59,194 nt of DNA, taken from contig JAHHIK010000047.1 of NCBI GenBank assembly GCA_019358935.1, positions 1 to 59,194 of the forward strand. Reading direction: 5' to 3'. Source of the stretch: Tolypothrix carrinoi HA7290-LM1 (GTDB lineage: Bacteria > Cyanobacteriota > Cyanobacteriia > Cyanobacteriales > Nostocaceae). The first letter of the stretch is position 1. Each line of letters opens with the position of its first letter. The notes beneath the pieces were generated by a model that saw nothing but the letters and a program-made list of their open reading frames with translations, was not told the DNA's origin and made no database searches. The translations under genes were made by a program, and so were the position numbers. This document shows, piece after piece, positions 1 to 8,680 of the stretch.

Positions 1-125
1 AGCATCTTTACGCTCAACTCTATAGCGTAATAATAGCACAAAAAGCACCACTGTGGGGTAAACCCCACGACGTGGTTTTCATCCCCGGCATGAATGCGCG
101 GGGCTTTCAACCTACCTTTTTGTAA
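1..125. mobile_element. Probable end of an IS200/IS605-family element (subterminal hairpins); any tnpB would run off the left edge
   Basis: Hairpins GTGGGGTAAACCCCAC (53-68) and CCCCGGCATGAATGCGCGGGG followed by CTTTCAACC resemble cyanobacterial IS605 ends; minus-strand ATG at 5-3. No transposase is visible. Confidence 0.4.
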
Positions 126-241
126 TGTAGCCAGGTAGAAATGATATTGACTGTGATGATGGCTAGCAAAATTTTTTGACGAAATTTTGGAGAATTCATC
201 TTTTACGCTGTTTGCAGAACCGTAAGAAGACAGCAACCGTC

Positions 242-272
242 GTAGAGACGTGGGAGTGTGGAACGTCTCTAC
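242..272. repeat. REP-like palindrome GTAGAGACG...CGTCTCTAC
   Basis: Inverted arms; relatives at about 30732, 38273-38302 and 40595-40645. Confidence 0.8.
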
Positions 273-316
273 AACGTTCTGGGTGGGCAAATAAGCGCTC
301 TTCGCGCTTACTACTT

Positions 317-1153
317 TTAAGAAGGTAAGTTAACTTTTTTGGCTAAACCCAGAGTCTTCAATACTTTGATGCTCCACCATGTAACATCAACTTCCCACCA
401 ATGCAAGCCAGATTTTGCCATTTGGGGAAAGGTGTGATGGTTGTTGTGCCAGCCTTCGCCGTAAGTTACAATGGATACCCACCAAAGGTTACGCGCACCG
501 TCGTTGGCTTCAAAGTTGCGGTAGCCCCAAGCGTGTGTGGCGGAGTTAACAAACCAAGTTGAGTGCCAAAGCAAGACTGCTCTAAGAAATATTCCGTAGA
601 TGACAAATGACCAGCCGCCGATGATATACAGCAGGATACCGAGGGGAATTTGCAAGAGTATGAAATAGCGATCTAGCCAACGGTAATATGGTTGTCGTGC
701 TAGGTCGGGGGCATATTTTGCATAAATTTCATAATCAAAGAACTCTGAACGAGGGTAAAAAATCCAGAGCATGTGGCTCCACCAAAATCCTCGTTGAGCA
801 GAGTACGGATCTAAATCGACATCTTCAGTATGAGCATGATGTTGTCGGTGTCCACCAATCCAAAAAATTGGACCTCCTTGCAAAGCTAACGCTCCGATAA
901 GAGCGATCGCATACTCCAACCACTTCGGGACTTGGAAACTTCGATGACTCAACAGTCGATGATACCCCAAACATATACCAATACTCCCAAATAGCCAGTG
1001 AAGAAATATCACTAGAGCTAATGCAGACCACGAGAAAAACCAGGGAGCAAGTAAAGCTATGCCATGAAATGTAGTAAAAAATACCACATTCGTCCAATTG
1101 AGCGCCGGAGAATTTCCGCCCTCAGGGGTACTGGCAAAAAATTTAGCAGTCAT
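317..1153 (-). CDS. desC: Delta-9 acyl-lipid desaturase (DesC-like)
   Basis: His boxes GYHRLLSHRSF, HRQHHAHT and EGWHNNHH; start placed at MTAK (ATG 1153). Confidence 0.9.
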   Translation of the reverse strand: MTAKFFASTPEGGNSPALNWTNVVFFTTFHGIALLAPWFFSWSALALVIFLHWLFGSIGICLGYHRLLSHRSFQVPKWLEYAIALIGALALQGGPIFWIGGHRQHHAHTEDVDLDPYSAQRGFWWSHMLWIFYPRSEFFDYEIYAKYAPDLARQPYYRWLDRYFILLQIPLGILLYIIGGWSFVIYGIFLRAVLLWHSTWFVNSATHAWGYRNFEANDGARNLWWVSIVTYGEGWHNNHHTFPQMAKSGLHWWEVDVTWWSIKVLKTLGLAKKVNLPS

Positions 1154-1397
1154 AAAAATTCCTGTCGATGGGTGAGGAAGCGATTTGCTTTTGTCAGGAG
1201 TTGCACTATGCTCGGCATTATTTGACAGATTTTGCAAGGTTGGCAATTGAGGAATGGCTCCGCAGAAAGCTGAGGCTAGATGCCTCACCCTACAAGAGTC
1301 ATTCTTTTTTTAGTGCGTTAGGCGTGCTAACACACCTCACGCATTGCTTTACCCGATTATCTGTTCCGCTCTTTCTAAAGCAATCCTTTATAGTAGA

Positions 1398-1459
1398 GCA
1401 AGTATCACTTACATTTTTATGCTAACAGTTCTGCGATTTATCTGCAAGTACCACTTGCA
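1398..1459. promoter_or_regulatory. Two palindromic operators, putative TetR sites
   Basis: GCAAGTatcACTTAC (1398-1412) and perfect TGCAAGTaccACTTGCA (1443-1459), both followed by T-rich DNA, between divergent desaturase and TetR genes. Confidence 0.7.
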
Positions 1460-1468
1460 TTTTTCTTT

Positions 1469-2707
1469 ATGCCGTCTCAATCCAATTCAGCTCGTCAACG
1501 TCTAATTGAAGCAGCGCTTGAATTATTTACCGCTCAGGGAGTCAGCGGCACTACAACCCGCCAAATTGCAGAAAAAGCAGAAGTCAATGAAGTTACGCTA
1601 TTCCGGCATTTTGGCAATAAGCACGGGCTACTTTTGGCTGTCTTAGAAGAATCCGCAGCCTTTAAAAATTTAGGTGAGTCTTTAGTTAGCAGAGCAATTC
1701 CACCTGGTAATGTGTATCAAGCTCTGAAAGATTATGCAAGTGAAAGCTTACACGCATTAGAACAAGTTCCAGAGTTTGTTAGGTCTGTGGTAGGTGAAGC
1801 TGACCAATACCCAGCAGAAAATCGCCGTGCTTTGGGACGGGGGTTAACAGAAGCAAACCGTTATGTAGCAGAGTACTTAGCCACTGTAATCGAACAGGGA
1901 CACTTGAATACCTATCTGCCGGCAGAAAAACTAGCGAGTTTGTTAAATGGGATGCTGCTGGGATATGCTGTGATTGAGTTCACTAGCGAATTTCACGAAC
2001 TTTGGGAAGATAGAGATGATTTTCTGGAGAATCTGGTGCAGTTGTTTTTACAAGGAGCAATGTCACCCGTACTCGAACCAAGTCAATATTCCTCAAGTTT
2101 GGTTGTAATAGATTCTAGTATTAGGGAAGTAGCTGATTTGCCGGCTTCTTTAGTTCATCAAATTCTCCAACAAGCGAGAAAATTGGGAGTGCAAGATTAT
2201 GCATTGGCGTATGTGTTATTTGCTGCTGGGTTATCTGTTGCGGAAGTAGTTGGCTTGCAGCGATCGCATCAATTTTACGATACTCAAGGGCATTTTCTGC
2301 AAATTGCCAATAACAGCGGATTTCGCCAAGTACCTGTTAATCAGTGGATAATGGGTAATCGCTATGGTTCCTACACTAATAATCCATTAACTAAATGGCT
2401 GAAAAGCCGTAAAGATAATCAATCTGCCATGTTTATTCATGAATCTGGGGAGTCAATGTCAGAATCACAAATTGACGTACACTGGCACATGTGGACACAA
2501 GGACTGTTAACACCAGAAGGACAACCCCCAGCAATTATTCAAACACAACAAACTTGGCGTGTAGAAATGTTGATGCGCGGCATGAGCTTAGAAAATCTTA
2601 GCATTTTAACAGGATGCGATCGCACTCAATTACAACCCTACGCCAAAAGAGCCAGAGAAAAAGCCGCTTTAGAGCAAGCAACTCGGTTAGATCAAAAACC
2701 GGGATAG
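1469..2707 (+). CDS. TetR-family regulator fused to a C-terminal degenerate tyrosine-recombinase-like domain
   Basis: N-terminal TetR HTH (TTTRQIAEKAEVNEVTLFRHFGNK); C-terminal DYALAYVLFAAGLSVAEVVGL and MRGMSLENLSILTG...PY resemble integrase boxes I and II. Confidence 0.85.
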   Translation: MPSQSNSARQRLIEAALELFTAQGVSGTTTRQIAEKAEVNEVTLFRHFGNKHGLLLAVLEESAAFKNLGESLVSRAIPPGNVYQALKDYASESLHALEQVPEFVRSVVGEADQYPAENRRALGRGLTEANRYVAEYLATVIEQGHLNTYLPAEKLASLLNGMLLGYAVIEFTSEFHELWEDRDDFLENLVQLFLQGAMSPVLEPSQYSSSLVVIDSSIREVADLPASLVHQILQQARKLGVQDYALAYVLFAAGLSVAEVVGLQRSHQFYDTQGHFLQIANNSGFRQVPVNQWIMGNRYGSYTNNPLTKWLKSRKDNQSAMFIHESGESMSESQIDVHWHMWTQGLLTPEGQPPAIIQTQQTWRVEMLMRGMSLENLSILTGCDRTQLQPYAKRAREKAALEQATRLDQKPG

Positions 2708-2800
2708 TTGATGGTTGGAGCGTTGTTGGTTGGAGCGTTGTTAGTTGGAGCGTTGATGGTTGGAGCGTTGGAGCGTTGATGGTTGGAGCGTTGTTGGGTG
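2707..2800. repeat. 15-bp tandem repeat GTTGATGGTTGGAGC (about 6 copies)
   Basis: Read directly just after the TetR stop. Confidence 0.9.
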
Positions 2801-2831
2801 TTGAGTGAATGAGAGCGATTAACTTTGATTT

Positions 2832-3145
2832 CAGCATTTATAACCACAGCTTGTGCGGTGGTAACGACAACTTCTGCATTTATAACCACAGCTTATGTTG
2901 TGGTAACGACAACTTCAGCATTTATAACCACAGCTTGTGCGGTGGTAACGACAGCTTCTGCATTCATAATCACAGGTTATGTTGTGGTCACGACAACTTA
3001 TGCGTTTCTGATGAAAGGTTATGTTGTGGTAACGACAACTTATGCATTTATAACCACAGCTTGTGCGGTGGTAACGACAACTGCTCGATTTATAAGTAAA
3101 GTTTTTGTTGTGGTAACGACAGCTTCTGCATTTCTAATGAAAGCC
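2832..3145. repeat. 42-bp tandem array (about 7.5 units, two 21-bp modules each) with an internal hairpin
   Basis: Unit CTGCATTTATAACCACAGCTTATGTTGTGGTAACGACAACTT; GTGGT(A/C)ACGAC recurs every 42 bp. Confidence 0.9.
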
Positions 3146-3207
3146 TTTTACATATTGACAAACACAAAAAATAAGATAAAAGTCCGTTTAGGATTCGTGA
3201 AAAAATA

Positions 3208-3241
3208 AGATCCCCGACTTCGCATAAGTTGTCGGGGATCT
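3208..3241. repeat. Palindrome AGATCCCCGAC-N12-GTCGGGGATCT
   Basis: Perfect 11-bp arms; inverted degenerate copy at 3704-3738; relatives at 18141-18173 and 21546-21578. Confidence 0.85.
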
Positions 3242-3273
3242 GAATAAAGTCTAAGCCATTAACCAAAAAATCT

Positions 3274-3684
3274 ATGAATATTACCTATAAACGCGACTTA
3301 GTTGATGTTGACTGGGAGGCAATGAAGGCAACATTAATCAAAGATAACTTTCATAACGGACGAACTACAGAGCAATTGAAAATATCTTTTACAAATAGTT
3401 ATTCGACATGTATTGCTTATGCAGAGCAACAAATTGTAGGTACAGCCAGAGTGTTATCTGATGGAGTATGTAATGCTTACATTGTCGATGTTTGGACTTA
3501 TTCAGAATACCGTCATCAAGGTATTGCGCGAAAAATGATGGAGATTCTTACAGAAGAATTGCCAGGACAACACGTTTACTTGTTTACCGATGACTCTGTT
3601 GATTTTTACAAGAAATTGGGATTTACAGAACAGCCTACAGGATTAAGTAAAGTCATCGGAAAATGGTTAGTGAATGATTATTAA
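3274..3684 (+). CDS. GNAT-family N-acetyltransferase
   Basis: Motif A DVWTYSEYRHQGIA; FYKKLGF. Confidence 0.9.
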   Translation: MNITYKRDLVDVDWEAMKATLIKDNFHNGRTTEQLKISFTNSYSTCIAYAEQQIVGTARVLSDGVCNAYIVDVWTYSEYRHQGIARKMMEILTEELPGQHVYLFTDDSVDFYKKLGFTEQPTGLSKVIGKWLVNDY

Positions 3685-3883
3685 GTTAAGTTTTGCCAAA
3701 AATAGATTCGGTGACAACTTATGCGAAGTTGGGGATCTGAACTTCGGATTTGAGATTTTTCTGCGACGAAAGTGACAGAATTCGGTATGCCAAGCAAAGC
3801 GTCTCCGACAAAAGAAGAAAAGGAAAGATTTGTCAGTTCGCTAAACTAGAAAATATACTCATCAACTGCACGCACTAACTACT

Positions 3884-4708
3884 TTGAAAACCGACAGCAT
3901 CTTTTATCGCATCTTCCAAAGCTTACCTAGCACTTTCTTTGAACTGATTAACCAACCAGCATCACTAGCCCAAGCTTACCAATTTTCCTCAGTAGAAGTC
4001 AAACAACTCGCTTTCAGAATTGATGGTGTATTTTTACCGAATACTTCAGAACTACCCATTTATTTTGCTGAGGTGCAATTTCAACCAGATAAAAAATTTT
4101 ACTCGCGGTTATTCGCAGAAATATTTAACTATCTGGATAAAACCGAATTAACTAACAATTGGCATGGTGTTGTTCTCTTTCCTAACCGCAGCGCTGATAC
4201 TGGAGATACACAGAGATATACAGAGTTACTCAACTCACCACGAGTGACTCGTATCTATCTTGACGAATTAACAGCGATCTCAGCATCATCTATTGGGATT
4301 GAGACAGTTAAATTAATCATCGAACCAGAATCAACTGCGATCGCAAAAGCTCTAGAGATAGTAAACAACACTCGACAACAAATCATCGATGCCGCCCAAC
4401 AGCGAGAAATTATACAATTAATAGAGACGATATTAATCTACAAATTGCCGCGCTTGAGCCGCGAGGAGATGGAAAAAATGTTTGGATTAAATGAGTTAAA
4501 GCAAACTAGATTTTATCAAGAAGTTTTTGCTGAAGGCAAGCTTGAAGGCAAGGAAGAAGGTAAGCTTGAAGGTAAGCTTGAAGGCAAGGAAGAAGGTAAG
4601 CTTGAAACTATACCTCAGTTATTGGCGTTAGGTCTGAGTATTGAACAGATAGCTCAAGCGTTAGGTTTGGATGAAGCTGTTGTTAGACAAGCCGCATCGA
4701 AATTATAA
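3884..4708 (+). CDS. Rpn-family PD-(D/E)XK nuclease / putative transposase (DUF2887-like)
   Basis: MKTDSIFYRIF start, FRIDGVFLP, FAEVQFQ, EGKxEG repeats, C-terminal GLSIEQIAQALGL helix-turn-helix. Confidence 0.9.
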   Translation: MKTDSIFYRIFQSLPSTFFELINQPASLAQAYQFSSVEVKQLAFRIDGVFLPNTSELPIYFAEVQFQPDKKFYSRLFAEIFNYLDKTELTNNWHGVVLFPNRSADTGDTQRYTELLNSPRVTRIYLDELTAISASSIGIETVKLIIEPESTAIAKALEIVNNTRQQIIDAAQQREIIQLIETILIYKLPRLSREEMEKMFGLNELKQTRFYQEVFAEGKLEGKEEGKLEGKLEGKEEGKLETIPQLLALGLSIEQIAQALGLDEAVVRQAASKL

Positions 4709-4746
4709 AGCGATCGCCCTTTGCGTAAGCCCTTGGTGGATACTCT

Positions 4747-4990
4747 CGATATTAATCTACAAATTGCCGCGCTTGAGCCGCGAGGAGATGGAAAAAATGT
4801 TTGGATTAAATGAGTTAAAGCAAACTAGATTTTATCAAGAAGTTTTTGCTGAAGGTAAAGAAGAAGGTAAGCTCGAAACCATACCTCAGTTATTGGCGTG
4901 CTTGTTTGAGTATTGAACAGATAGCTCAAGCTTTAGGTTTGGATGAACAAGTTGTTAGGCAAGCCGCATCGAAATTATAAAGCGATCGCC
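4747..4990 (+). pseudogene. Duplicate of the 3' part of the Rpn gene (fewer EGK repeats, +1 frameshift)
   Basis: Near-identical to 4428-4718; both copies end at GCGATCGCC. Confidence 0.9.
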
Positions 4991-5001
4991 TAAAATAAAT
5001 A

Positions 5002-5367
5002 ATGTTTATTCATTCACTAAAATCGAGGGATAATTCCTTGCTGACTATTAAAGAATTACTGCTTCAAGAAATTGAATCGACACCAGAAACCGTTCTTGCG
5101 GAAACTTTAGACTTTCTGCGTTTTCTGAAAACAAAACAACCAGAAATACAATCTTTACCCCAAGAATCACAAGTCACAACCGAACAAATAGATTTAAATG
5201 AAACTTCAACCGATAATTCTCAACAGCCATACCGTCCGGCTTCCGGACGTTCGATCCTGAAACATGTAGGTACATGGGCTGGCGATGATTTTGAAGAGTG
5301 TCTTCAGTCAGTTTATGCTACTCGTGGCAAAGCGAAATTCGACTGCGATAACCCATTTGATAAGTAA
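5002..5367 (+). CDS. Putative antitoxin (DUF2281-like)
   Basis: [26 protein letters not shown]; its stop overlaps the ATG of the PIN gene; true start may be further downstream. Confidence 0.7.
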   Translation: MFIHSLKSRDNSLLTIKELLLQEIESTPETVLAETLDFLRFLKTKQPEIQSLPQESQVTTEQIDLNETSTDNSQQPYRPASGRSILKHVGTWAGDDFEECLQSVYATRGKAKFDCDNPFDK

Positions 5368-5810
5368 TGTACCTACTTGACACAAATCACTGTAGTGCTA
5401 TTATCTTGGGCGAACTAAATGTTGTTCGTCAAGTGATTGAAGTTGGAGAATTAAACATCGCCACTTGTGTAATTGTGCAAGGAGAACTTACATATATGAT
5501 GGAGAATTCTGCACAAAGATAAATGAATCTCGTTCGTTTGGCAGAGTTTATCAAAGATATTCGTATCTATCGAGTTACAGAGGATATAGCTACGATTTAC
5601 GGTCAACTCAAAGCCACTTTGATGAAACAATTTGGTCTCAAAGAGAAAACCAAGCGAAGAAAAACTAAAATTACCGAACTAGGGTTCGATGAGAACGACC
5701 TTTGGATTGCTGCCATTGCTTTGCAACATAATCTTACCATTGTCTCAGCAGACAGTGACTTTCAACGCATTCAACAAGTTAAAGCATTATTGGTTGAATC
5801 CTGGCTTTGA
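5367..5810 (+). pseudogene. vapC: VapC/PIN toxin with an in-frame nonsense codon
   Basis: ATG 5367 MYLLDTN..., TAA at 5520-5522, same frame continues to ENDLWIAAIAL...VSADSDF. Confidence 0.85.
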
Positions 5811-5954
5811 ATCCTTTAGAACTATAGAATAGAAACTCAGCCTTTGTATTGCTTCAACTACTAGAAGAAAGAATTTAGTAGTAAATTTGACAGAATTGGA
5901 TCGACAAAAGTCTGTACTAAGCTTGTAGCATCGATAACGTTTGTGATATTTCCT

Positions 5955-8066
5955 ATGGATTCCCGGATTCGCTTTTTAATGTGCGCCCCTGACCACTATG
6001 ATGTGGACTATGTGATTAACCCCTGGATGGAAGGGAACATTCACAAGTCATCGCGCGATCGCGCTGTGGAACAGTGGCAAAAACTTCACCTTCTCCTCAA
6101 AGAACACGCTATTGTAGACTTAGTTGCACCTCACAAAGGTGTACCGGATATGGTATTTACCGCCAACGCCGGCTTAGTGTTGGGTAAGAACGTTGTTCTC
6201 AGTCGCTTTTTACACAAAGAGCGTCAGGGAGAAGAACCTTACTTTAAACAATGGTTTGAAGAAAACGGCTACACAGTCAACGAACTACCGAAAGATTTGC
6301 CCTTTGAAGGTGCGGGAGACGCACTTCTAGATCGAGAAGGACGCTGGTTATGGGCAGGATACGGTTTTCGTTCAGAATTAGATTCTCACCCATATTTAGC
6401 GAAGTGGCTGGATATCGAGGTGGTGTCTTTACGCTTGATAGATGAGCGCTTTTATCACCTGGATACTTGCTTCTGTCCCCTTGCGAATGGCTATTTGCTG
6501 TACTATCCAGGTGCTTTTGATTCTTACTCCAACCGCATGATTGAAATGCGCGTTGCCCCAGAAAAGCGGATTGCAATTGAAGAAGCGGACGCGGTAAACT
6601 TCGCCTGCAATACGGTGAATGTAGACCATATCGTGATTATGAACAAGGCTTCGGATGCTTTAAAAGCAAGCCTTAACGATGCGGGTTTTCAAGTGATGGA
6701 AACACCGTTAACAGAATTTCTCAAAGCAGGTGGTGCAGCAAAATGTCTGACACTGCGGGTAACGGAACCAGTACGCGCAGAAGTTCACGCGAATGTTTCG
6801 GTAGAAAGTCGGATTATTCGCATTGAAGGACACTTGCTCGATTCTGGCTTGATTAACCGCGCTTTGGATATGATTATCGATAGCGGCGGTAGTTTCCAAG
6901 TGCTAAATTTCAACTTGGGAGAACAGCGACAAAGTACTTCAGCGGCTGAGGTGAAGGTGTCAGCACCTTCGCATGAGGTGATGGAGCAAATTATATCTCA
7001 CTTAATTGATTTGGGTGCGGTAGATTTGCCTCAAGATGAGCGCGACGCGAAACTTGAGCCTGTGTTGCAAGCAGGAGTTGCACCAGATGATTTTTATGTA
7101 AGTACGATTTATCCTACCGAAGTGCGGATTAACGGTCAATGGGTGAAGGTGCTTTCGCAGCGGATGGATGGTGCGATCGCTCTTATCGAAACTCCTAATG
7201 GTTGGCAGGCACAGTGTAAACTTTTACGCGATTTAGAAATAGGCGAATATGTAGTAGTCGATGTGCAAGGTATCCGCACCATTCGCAAACCAGAATCGCG
7301 GGAACAACGCAATGCTCAAGAATTCAGCTTTATGTCGGCGGGTGTTTCCAGCGAACGTCGCGTGGAATTAGTTGTGGAGCAGGTGGCGTGGGAGTTACGT
7401 AAAATTCGCGATGCAGGCGGTAAAGTAGTTGTCACGGCGGGACCTGTGGTGATTCACACCGGCGGGGGCGAACATTTGGCGCGACTGATTCGAGAAGGAT
7501 ATGTCCAAGCTCTGTTGGGTGGAAATGCGATCGCTGTCCACGATATGGAGCAAAATATGATGGGGACTTCTCTCGGTGTGGATATGAAGCGGGGTGTGGC
7601 TGTACGCGGCGGACATCGCCACCATTTGAAGGTAATTAATACTGTCCGCCGTCATGGTAGCATTGCTGCGGCTGTGTCAGCTGGAGAGTTTAAGGGTGGT
7701 GTAATGTATGAGTGTGTCCGTGGTGGTGTACCTTTCAGCCTCGCGGGTTCGATTCGCGATGATGGTCCTTTGCCGGATACGCAGATGAATTTGATTCAAG
7801 CTCAGGAGGAATATGCGAAACTGCTTAAAGGTGCAGATATGATTTTGATGTTATCATCAATGCTGCACTCTATTGGCGTGGGAAATATGACTCCGGCTGG
7901 GGTGAAGATGGTTTGTGTGGATATTAATCCAGCGGTGGTGACGAAGTTAAGTGACAGAGGTTCGATTGAATCGGTCGGTGTGGTGACGGATGTCGGGTTG
8001 TTTTTGAGTTTGTTGGTGCAGCAGTTGGATAAGTTGACTAGTCCTTATCGAGCTGTGGTAGGTTAG
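5955..8066 (+). CDS. argZ: Arginine dihydrolase / ornithine cyclodeaminase (ArgZ/AgrE)
   Basis: Amidinotransferase domain (PDMVFTAN, FYHLDTCFCP, KAGGAAKCL) plus C-terminal LOR/SDH-like domain (GSIRDDGPLP), about 703 aa. Confidence 0.92.
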   Translation: MDSRIRFLMCAPDHYDVDYVINPWMEGNIHKSSRDRAVEQWQKLHLLLKEHAIVDLVAPHKGVPDMVFTANAGLVLGKNVVLSRFLHKERQGEEPYFKQWFEENGYTVNELPKDLPFEGAGDALLDREGRWLWAGYGFRSELDSHPYLAKWLDIEVVSLRLIDERFYHLDTCFCPLANGYLLYYPGAFDSYSNRMIEMRVAPEKRIAIEEADAVNFACNTVNVDHIVIMNKASDALKASLNDAGFQVMETPLTEFLKAGGAAKCLTLRVTEPVRAEVHANVSVESRIIRIEGHLLDSGLINRALDMIIDSGGSFQVLNFNLGEQRQSTSAAEVKVSAPSHEVMEQIISHLIDLGAVDLPQDERDAKLEPVLQAGVAPDDFYVSTIYPTEVRINGQWVKVLSQRMDGAIALIETPNGWQAQCKLLRDLEIGEYVVVDVQGIRTIRKPESREQRNAQEFSFMSAGVSSERRVELVVEQVAWELRKIRDAGGKVVVTAGPVVIHTGGGEHLARLIREGYVQALLGGNAIAVHDMEQNMMGTSLGVDMKRGVAVRGGHRHHLKVINTVRRHGSIAAAVSAGEFKGGVMYECVRGGVPFSLAGSIRDDGPLPDTQMNLIQAQEEYAKLLKGADMILMLSSMLHSIGVGNMTPAGVKMVCVDINPAVVTKLSDRGSIESVGVVTDVGLFLSLLVQQLDKLTSPYRAVVG

Positions 8067-8100
8067 GAAACGAACCGCAGAGGCACAGAGAAAGCAGAGG
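8066..8100 (+). repeat. Solo copy of the GAAACGAACCGCAGAG repeat
   Basis: Matches the repeats flanking the GxxExxY gene and the one inside the ROK gene. Confidence 0.75.
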
Positions 8101-8114
8101 TAAGAGGGGGAGAG

Positions 8115-8615
8115 ATGGAAGGGGTAGCTTTTAAGAGAGGGTTACAAGTTCGTTGGGTCAGTTTTATTGCTGACTTTCTGCTGGTGGGGATGGTTATCGG
8201 ACCGCTAGCGGCTCCTTTTCTTGCTGCGTCTGGGTTGCCAATGTTAAATTTGATTGCGGACATCATTTATTTCATGGGAAATCATGTGTGTCCGCAACCT
8301 AATATGGGGTTAGATTTGGCACCGCCGTATATTATGGCTGTGTGTATGCGCTGTTATGGTACGGTAACGGGTTTGCTGTTTACTCGGTTGCTGTATGGGG
8401 TGACTGGTGGTAAGGGTTTTTACTGGTTGAGTCAGTATGGGTGGAGTGGTGCAGCGACTTCTTGTGTGTTTATGATGGCTTATGCGTGGGAGTTAGCAGC
8501 GCAAGTTTTAGGTTGGTGGAATTTTAACAATTATCTAGTTACGCCGTTTGGGTTAATTACCGGTTTGGCATGGGGATTGTTTACTATGCCAATATTGCAC
8601 CATCCTAAGTCTTAA
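8115..8615 (+). CDS. DUF2085-like membrane protein
   Basis: HVCPQ and AVCMRCYG motifs, several hydrophobic segments. Confidence 0.75.
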   Translation: MEGVAFKRGLQVRWVSFIADFLLVGMVIGPLAAPFLAASGLPMLNLIADIIYFMGNHVCPQPNMGLDLAPPYIMAVCMRCYGTVTGLLFTRLLYGVTGGKGFYWLSQYGWSGAATSCVFMMAYAWELAAQVLGWWNFNNYLVTPFGLITGLAWGLFTMPILHHPKS

Positions 8616-8620
8616 TTGCT

Positions 8621-8680
8621 TCCCAATTCCCCATTCCCAATTCCCCATTCCCAATTCCCCATTCCCAATTCCCCATTCCC
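8621..8680. repeat. STRR heptamer tract (CCCAATT/CCCCATT)n
   Basis: Read directly between convergent genes. Confidence 0.95.

Noticed and set aside
1469..2707. Active integrase marking a mobile element
   Set aside because: Catalytic Arg and HxxR residues are missing, and no att sites or element cargo are evident.
2809..3099. RiPP precursor with repeated Cys-rich cores
   Set aside because: No leader or recognition motif, no modifying enzymes nearby, and an open frame is expected in a 42-bp tandem repeat.
2832..3145. CRISPR array
   Set aside because: The segments between conserved motifs are copies of each other rather than unique spacers, the period is only 42 bp, and there are no cas genes.
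4428..4990. Diversity-generating retroelement VR/TR pair
   Set aside because: Differences are not adenine-specific (T/C and G/T changes, indels) and no reverse transcriptase is in the window.
5520..5522. Programmed readthrough or recoding of the vapC stop codons
   Set aside because: The stops are TAA, which is not a Sec or Pyl codon, and the third vapC also has frameshifts, so decay is the simpler explanation.
5925..5938. NtcA site GTA-N8-AAC upstream of argZ
   Set aside because: Imperfect match, only about 16 nt from the ATG, with no suitably placed -10 box.
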